In this document: one piece after another, positions 6,357 through 11,294 of the stretch
How positions within the stretch are numbered: the stretch's first letter is position 1
How the letters are laid out: every line of letters starts with the position of its first letter
From: Armatimonadota bacterium
GTDB taxonomy: Bacteria; Armatimonadota; Hebobacteria; CAIYQO01
Length of the DNA stretch: 11,294 nt
NCBI GenBank assembly: GCA_038248345.1
Contig: JBBRXO010000087.1
Location: forward strand, 1-11,294
Direction of reading: 5' to 3'
Position numbers and translations under genes: made by a program
Notes under the pieces: model-generated
The model's database searches: none
Seen by the model: the letters and a program-made list of their open reading frames with translations, nothing else
Told to the model about the DNA's origin: nothing

Positions 6357-6995
6357 TCAGATAACAACCACTTCCTCACCCGTATCCCGCCTATCCACGC
6401 AAACCCGAATCCACCCGTCGAAGCTGTCGGCCAGCTTAATGAGGACGGCGTCGTTTAGCTCGTTCATCAGCTGCTGCTGCTCGGGGTGGTTGGGGGTGTC
6501 AAGGATCTGTTGGGCGGTGGGGTAGCGCTGTTCTACTTCGCTGATACGCTCATCGAAGAAGGCTTTGCGGTCCGGGTTTTGCCAATCGTAGTCCCAGTAG
6601 TAGATGTGGCCGAAGTCGTCCTTGCGCAGCGAAATGCACACCAGGCTGTTGTTGCGGCAGCGGGCAATGGCGATGACGTCGCGTGGAAGGAACTTGTCTG
6701 CTTCATGGTCGACAATTACCTGCAGCAGATCCTCCGGCCAGTCGCCCGCCTGCTGGGTGGTCGGGACACCGAAGAACTCTACCGGGCAATCACTGTGCGC
6801 CGAATTAGCTAGCGCGTCAGTTTTACCGGGAACAACTGTCACAAATGTGTAGCGAGACTCCGCGGCGCTACCGCCATTTTGGGCGGTGAGAAACCGACGA
6901 TATTCCAGCGGCAGTTGCATATAGAATTTCCAGTCATTGCTATACGTATTCGCCTGGGTAGGCCGGGGGTACGAACCGGTGATCGCTAATTCCAT
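6357..6995 (-). CDS. SMI1/KNR4 (SUKH superfamily) protein, putative toxin immunity protein
   Basis: Hallmark LPLEYRRFLTAQNGG, then LPRDVIAIA...VCISL...GHIYYWD and the terminal KLADSFDGW. GAGGAG-containing RBS just upstream of ATG 6995. Confidence 0.82.
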   Translation of the reverse strand: MELAITGSYPRPTQANTYSNDWKFYMQLPLEYRRFLTAQNGGSAAESRYTFVTVVPGKTDALANSAHSDCPVEFFGVPTTQQAGDWPEDLLQVIVDHEADKFLPRDVIAIARCRNNSLVCISLRKDDFGHIYYWDYDWQNPDRKAFFDERISEVEQRYPTAQQILDTPNHPEQQQLMNELNDAVLIKLADSFDGWIRVCVDRRDTGEEVVVI

Positions 6996-7046
6996 CCTCT
7001 TCTCCTCTTCGTAACGGGCATATGAATAACCAAAACCAATGGCAAT

Positions 7047-7076
7047 AGTTTAACATAATCAAAGTGCGCTTGTCGT
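7047..7076 (-). promoter_or_regulatory. Putative extended -10 promoter for the SUKH gene
   Basis: On the - strand: ACGACA (7076-7071), 18-nt spacer, TG-n-TAAACT (7055-7047), within an AT-rich intergenic stretch. Confidence 0.35.
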
Positions 7077-7090
7077 GGGCGAAATACCTA

Positions 7091-9781
7091 TTACCCGATT
7101 TGCTCCTGGCTATCTTTCATCGTGAAGAGATAGCTGCCGGAGGTCACTTCGCAGCGCAGCTGGCCATTATCGGCAACAATTCGAGTGATACCGGGAGCAG
7201 AGGCTAGCGGTAGCCCGCCTTCCCATGCCTCGGCAGCGGGCAGGTAGACGGTGGCGCTGCTGTTGGGCGGGATAGTTACTGCCAGCGTAAACATGCCTGC
7301 AGACCGTTCCCACCGGGTTTTGATCAGCCCGTGGAGAGAGCGGTGGCTGGCTTCTGCCCACGTGAGGCTGCCGCCCGGTTGCGGGTGGATCACCACATTG
7401 GCGAAGCCGGGGTGCGCCGGGTCAAGGCCGATGCCCGCCACCGTCGCGAAGAGCCACTCACCCACCGAACCCAGCGAATAGTGGTTGAAGGAGTTCATGC
7501 TCGGATCCTGCAGCCCCTTCTCGTGGTGGCAACCATCCCAGCGCTCCCAGATGGTAGTTGCCCCTTGCAGTACCGAATATAACCAACCGGGGTAGCTACG
7601 TTGCTCCAACAGCGTATAGGCCAGTTCCGTGCCGCCGCTCTCTGTTAAAACGCGTTGCAGGTAGCTGATGCCCACGAAGCCGCAGGTGAGATGATCATCA
7701 TGGGCATGGATATTCGTCAGCAGATGCGCTGCCGCCGGAGAGCGTAGCGCCACCGGCAACAGATTGAAGTATAACGCCAGCACATAGCCCGTCTGGGTAT
7801 CGCCCGTGATACTCCCATCCCCGAACACGAAGGTGCGGGTGAAGGCGTCGCAGACGCTTTGGAAAAGTCCGCGGTAATGCGCGGCGTCCTCGTTATTTCC
7901 CAACACGGTGGCAGTACGCGCCGTCAGGTCAGCCACATGGGCGTAGAATGCGGTCGCCAGCACATCTTTGGGAGTATCCGCCCCGATGGAAAGCCAGTCG
8001 CCAAAGCCATCTGCCGGTGAAATGTTGTCTGTGCTTCGCCCCTGCAGATAGTCTACCCAGGCTTTCATATGCGGGTAGCAGCGGGCTAGCAGGCGGGTGT
8101 CGCCGTAATTGCAATAATGCACCCACGGCACTATCACCCCCGCGTCGCCCCAGGCGGGCATACCATCATAGCTGACATCCCAATTGAAATTACGTGCCAC
8201 TGCTTCTTCGGCGCTTTTCGGCATGATATCCGGCGCAATCAACGGGAATACACCATTCGGCAGTTGCGCGTCATTCACATCCGTCATCCATTTTGTGAAA
8301 AACGCCGCCAGATCCATGTTGTAACAAGCAGTGCGCGCAAAAACCTGCGCATCGCCCATCCAACCCAGACGCTCATCACGTTGCGGACAATCGGTGGGCA
8401 CCTCCAGAAAGTTGCCGCGCTGACCCCAGATGATATTGGAGTAGAGCTGATTAACGAGTTTATCGGAGCAGGTGAACTGCCCGGTGGTCTCGGCGTCCGT
8501 GTGAATCACGATTCCGGTGATGGTCTCCAGCGTCGGCGGCTCAGTCAGGCCGGTCACCTCTACATAGCGGAACCCGTGGAAGGTGAAATGCGGCTCGAAC
8601 ACCTCTTCACCCTCGTCGCGTAGCAGGTAAAGATCGGTGCTGCGCGCCGAGCGCAGGTTTTCCGTATAGAGTAACCCGTCCGGGTAGAGCATCTCGCCGT
8701 AGCGGAGCGTCACTGCTGTTCCCACCGCGCCGCGCACGCGCAACCGGACGCGGCCCACCATATTTTGCCCCATGTCGATGACGTAACGATAGTCATCAAC
8801 CTTGTTAATCGCCACCGGTGTCAGCTCCTGCACCGCGCGTACGGGCGGATAGCTGGCAAAGCAAAACGGCACGCTGTCGCGCAGCTCTAAATGTGGTGCC
8901 CGCCATGCAGCGGCATCGAAGCCAGGGGTACACCAGCCGGGCATCTCGCGCCGGGCATCATAGGTCTCGCCGAGGAGGAAACCGGAGCCGACGATCGGCC
9001 CTTTGGCGCATTGCCACGCCGTCCCGCTGCTCACCGTCTCGCAGGTGCCATCGGTGTAATTAATCTCCACCTGGCAGAATATCTCCGGGCGCGTACCATA
9101 GTAATTCACATTACCAGCCCAGCCCAGCCGCCCGCAATACCAGCCCTCGCCCAACACCAGGCCCAGCGTGTTGTCGCCAGGTTGCAGGTAGTGGGTCAGG
9201 TCATATTCCTGCACGTAGATCCGCTGCCGATAGTCTGTCCAACCGGGGGCAAAGAGGGCATCGCCTACCCGTATCCCGTTGACCCACAGCTCGTAAATCC
9301 CGCGCGCTGTAACGTAGGCCCGCACCTGCGCAACCTCGCGCAGCGGACACGCCGCGCGGAAATAGCTGGCCGGGCGCGGGGATAGCTCGGGCTCGTTGGG
9401 GGCATAGCTCATCCACTCCCCGTGCCAATCCGCCTCCGCCAGCAGCCCCATCTCCCAGCACGACGTCGCACTCCACGGGGAGGTTTGCCCCAATTCATCG
9501 GTATATTGCACCTTCCAATAGCAACGCTGCCGAGAGACAAGGGGTGTTCCATGGTAAGTTATATGTGCCGTTTCCGCCGATTCTACTGTCCCGCTATCCC
9601 AGAGGTCACCCTTGTCTGTTGCCAATAGTTCCTCGCTCGAGGCCACGATGACGCGATACCCCCGTTGCGCCGCTCCCCGCCGTTCCGCAGCCAGCGCCCA
9701 GCTCAGCTGTGGGTTTCGCTCCCCCACTCCCAACGCATCAGTCATATATTCACAACGCAATTGTCGCGGAAAATCAGTCAT
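7091..9781 (-). CDS. Alpha-L-rhamnosidase, glycoside hydrolase family 78
   Basis: N-terminal LRCEY...P.LSW...DLWDSG, APGWTDY, DMGQNMVG, FTFHGFRYVEV. Catalytic-region motifs PTDCPQRDERLGWMGDAQ, GATTIWERWD and MNSFNHYSLG. AAGGAG RBS upstream. No signal peptide visible. Confidence 0.95.
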   Translation of the reverse strand: MTDFPRQLRCEYMTDALGVGERNPQLSWALAAERRGAAQRGYRVIVASSEELLATDKGDLWDSGTVESAETAHITYHGTPLVSRQRCYWKVQYTDELGQTSPWSATSCWEMGLLAEADWHGEWMSYAPNEPELSPRPASYFRAACPLREVAQVRAYVTARGIYELWVNGIRVGDALFAPGWTDYRQRIYVQEYDLTHYLQPGDNTLGLVLGEGWYCGRLGWAGNVNYYGTRPEIFCQVEINYTDGTCETVSSGTAWQCAKGPIVGSGFLLGETYDARREMPGWCTPGFDAAAWRAPHLELRDSVPFCFASYPPVRAVQELTPVAINKVDDYRYVIDMGQNMVGRVRLRVRGAVGTAVTLRYGEMLYPDGLLYTENLRSARSTDLYLLRDEGEEVFEPHFTFHGFRYVEVTGLTEPPTLETITGIVIHTDAETTGQFTCSDKLVNQLYSNIIWGQRGNFLEVPTDCPQRDERLGWMGDAQVFARTACYNMDLAAFFTKWMTDVNDAQLPNGVFPLIAPDIMPKSAEEAVARNFNWDVSYDGMPAWGDAGVIVPWVHYCNYGDTRLLARCYPHMKAWVDYLQGRSTDNISPADGFGDWLSIGADTPKDVLATAFYAHVADLTARTATVLGNNEDAAHYRGLFQSVCDAFTRTFVFGDGSITGDTQTGYVLALYFNLLPVALRSPAAAHLLTNIHAHDDHLTCGFVGISYLQRVLTESGGTELAYTLLEQRSYPGWLYSVLQGATTIWERWDGCHHEKGLQDPSMNSFNHYSLGSVGEWLFATVAGIGLDPAHPGFANVVIHPQPGGSLTWAEASHRSLHGLIKTRWERSAGMFTLAVTIPPNSSATVYLPAAEAWEGGLPLASAPGITRIVADNGQLRCEVTSGSYLFTMKDSQEQIG

Positions 9782-9865
9782 GGCACACTCCTTTAGCTAA
9801 ACCTAATCATTCGGCAACGCGGGGGGTGATTCCTTTCCCATATTCCATTTCGACCTGCCGGCACC

Positions 9866-9910
9866 AAAATAAAATACACCCCCGAACAACATGCTGTTAT
9901 TCAGGGGTGT
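9866..9910 (-). terminator. Intrinsic terminator of obgE
   Basis: The - strand RNA reads ACACCCCUGAAUAACA-GCA-UGUUGUUCGGGGGUGU, a 16-bp stem with two G-U pairs that form only on this strand, followed by AUUUUAUUUU. It begins 23 nt after the obgE stop. Confidence 0.85.
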
Positions 9911-9933
9911 CATCTTTTTCTTACCATGGTAGG

Positions 9934-11220
9934 TTAATCTACAAAGTCCAGTTCCACCTGGCCGATGCGCACTTTGTCGCCGTCTTTGATGCCCTGGGCG
10001 CGCATCGTGGCGGTGATGCCCATGCGCTCCATGCTCCGTTGCAGACGATCAAGCGCTTCTTCGTTATCCAGATAGCAGGTGGCGATGAGGCGTTCGATAC
10101 TGGTGCCAGAAAGCTCCCAGAGCCCCTCGTCGATGAGGTTAATCTCCAGCTCGCGGCGGGTGCGACGCACCACCACGTGGTCGCGCTGTTCCACTTTTTC
10201 TTCCAGCGCTGCCAGATCTTCCATCTCCTGCAACTTGGCATCCACTGCGAAGAGCAGTGTGTCCACCCCCGCACCGGTGACGGCGGAAATCTGGTAATAT
10301 GGCAAGCCCAGCTCATCCAACCGGGGGCAGATATCCTCCAGGTAGACCTCCGAGTCGGGCAGATCGCATTTGTTCAATGCTACAATCATCGGGCGTGTTT
10401 CCAGCCCGGCGCCATAGCTCGCTACTTCGTGGTTAATGGTGTTGAAAGATTCCCACGGATCCATGTCGCCGCCGAAGCCGCCGCTCACATCCACAATATG
10501 CAGCAATACCCGGCTACGCTCGGTGTGGCGCAGGAAGTCGATACCCTTGCCGCGCCCTTCCGCCGCGCCTTCAATCAGCCCGGGCAGGTCGGCCATCACA
10601 AAGCTACGGTCGCCCACCGCCACTACGCCCAGTTGCGGCTCCAATGTCGTGAAAGGATAGTCGGCGATCTTCGGGGTGGCGGCGCTGGTGCGCGCCAACA
10701 AGGTAGATTTCCCCGCATTAGGCATCCCCAGCAGCGCGATATCCGCGAGGAGCTTCATCTCCATCCGCAGCACGCGCTCATCAATAGGTTGCCCCTTCTC
10801 GCAGAAATGCGGCACCTGGCGCACGGGCGTGGCATAGCGGGCATTGCCGCGCCCACCGCGTCCGCCTTTCACCACCACCGCCTTCATGCCTTCATGGTCG
10901 AGATCAACCAGTAGGTCCCCGGTGCCATCGTCATACACCATGGTACCGATAGGCACCGCAATGGTGATATCCTTACCATTTTTGCCGTGACAGTTTTTGG
11001 TACCGCCGTCGCTACCGGGAGTAGCGGCAAATTTCTTATCGAAACGGAAACGCAACAGCGTACGCACGCGGTTCTGCGCCACCAGAATGACGTCACCGCC
11101 GCTGCCCCCGTCGCCCCCATCCGGCCCTCCGCGCGGAATAAATTTCTCTTTCCGAAACGAAGCTATTCCATTGCCGCCCTTACCGGAACGGACAGTAATA
11201 TTTGCTGTATCTATAAACAC
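9934..11220 (-). CDS. obgE: GTPase ObgE/CgtA with C-terminal OCT (DUF1967) domain
   Basis: Gly-rich Obg domain (FRKEKFIPRGGPDGGDGGSGG). G1 GMPNAGKS, G2 DYPFTT, G3 DLPG, G4 NKCD, G5 ISA. C-terminal GIKDGDKVRIG...F. GTG start. Confidence 0.98.
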   Translation of the reverse strand: MFIDTANITVRSGKGGNGIASFRKEKFIPRGGPDGGDGGSGGDVILVAQNRVRTLLRFRFDKKFAATPGSDGGTKNCHGKNGKDITIAVPIGTMVYDDGTGDLLVDLDHEGMKAVVVKGGRGGRGNARYATPVRQVPHFCEKGQPIDERVLRMEMKLLADIALLGMPNAGKSTLLARTSAATPKIADYPFTTLEPQLGVVAVGDRSFVMADLPGLIEGAAEGRGKGIDFLRHTERSRVLLHIVDVSGGFGGDMDPWESFNTINHEVASYGAGLETRPMIVALNKCDLPDSEVYLEDICPRLDELGLPYYQISAVTGAGVDTLLFAVDAKLQEMEDLAALEEKVEQRDHVVVRRTRRELEINLIDEGLWELSGTSIERLIATCYLDNEEALDRLQRSMERMGITATMRAQGIKDGDKVRIGQVELDFVD

Positions 11221-11226
11221 ATAGCT

Positions 11227-11232
11227 ATTATA
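11227..11232 (-). promoter_or_regulatory. Consensus -10 box TATAAT immediately upstream of the obgE start codon
   Basis: The - strand reads ggTATAATagctatGTG. No SD sequence and no clear -35. Confidence 0.55.
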
Positions 11233-11278
11233 CCGTATTTTGGGGCATAGCGTTTGTGGAAGGTCTGTAGGTTTTATA

Positions 11279-11294
11279 GTAGCATGGGCGTCTC
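11279..11294. repeat. Probable GTAG-type REP unit truncated by the window end
   Basis: GTAGCATGGGCGTCTC starts with GTAG and shares the GGCGTC(C/T)C core with the palindrome at 1198-1222. The second arm would fall outside the window. Confidence 0.4.

Noticed and set aside
9709..10914. 401-aa ORF on the + strand
   Set aside because: It is antisense to obgE with no recognisable motifs, a typical shadow ORF of a GC-rich gene.

Overview
Bacterial genomic window, GC-rich in most coding regions. On the + strand it carries the 3' part of a CckA-like hybrid histidine kinase and an intergenic region with nested palindromic repeat elements. These are followed by a tightly coupled operon: a rubrerythrin/ferritin-like di-iron protein, a four-subunit group 3b (sulfhydrogenase-type, beta-gamma-delta-alpha) NAD(P)-coupled [NiFe]-hydrogenase, and a 56-aa orphan ORF. 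A GTAG-family REP doublet separates this from three - strand genes: an orphan SMI1/KNR4 (SUKH) protein, a GH78 alpha-L-rhamnosidase and the GTPase obgE. The most unusual points are in the hydrogenase. Its large subunit stops exactly at the L2 His (no cleavable C-terminal tail, no protease gene in the operon), its beta subunit appears to have lost the N-terminal Fe-S ligands, and a di-iron protein leads the operon. Several REP/MITE-like palindromes sit in intergenic regions, and obgE looks leaderless.
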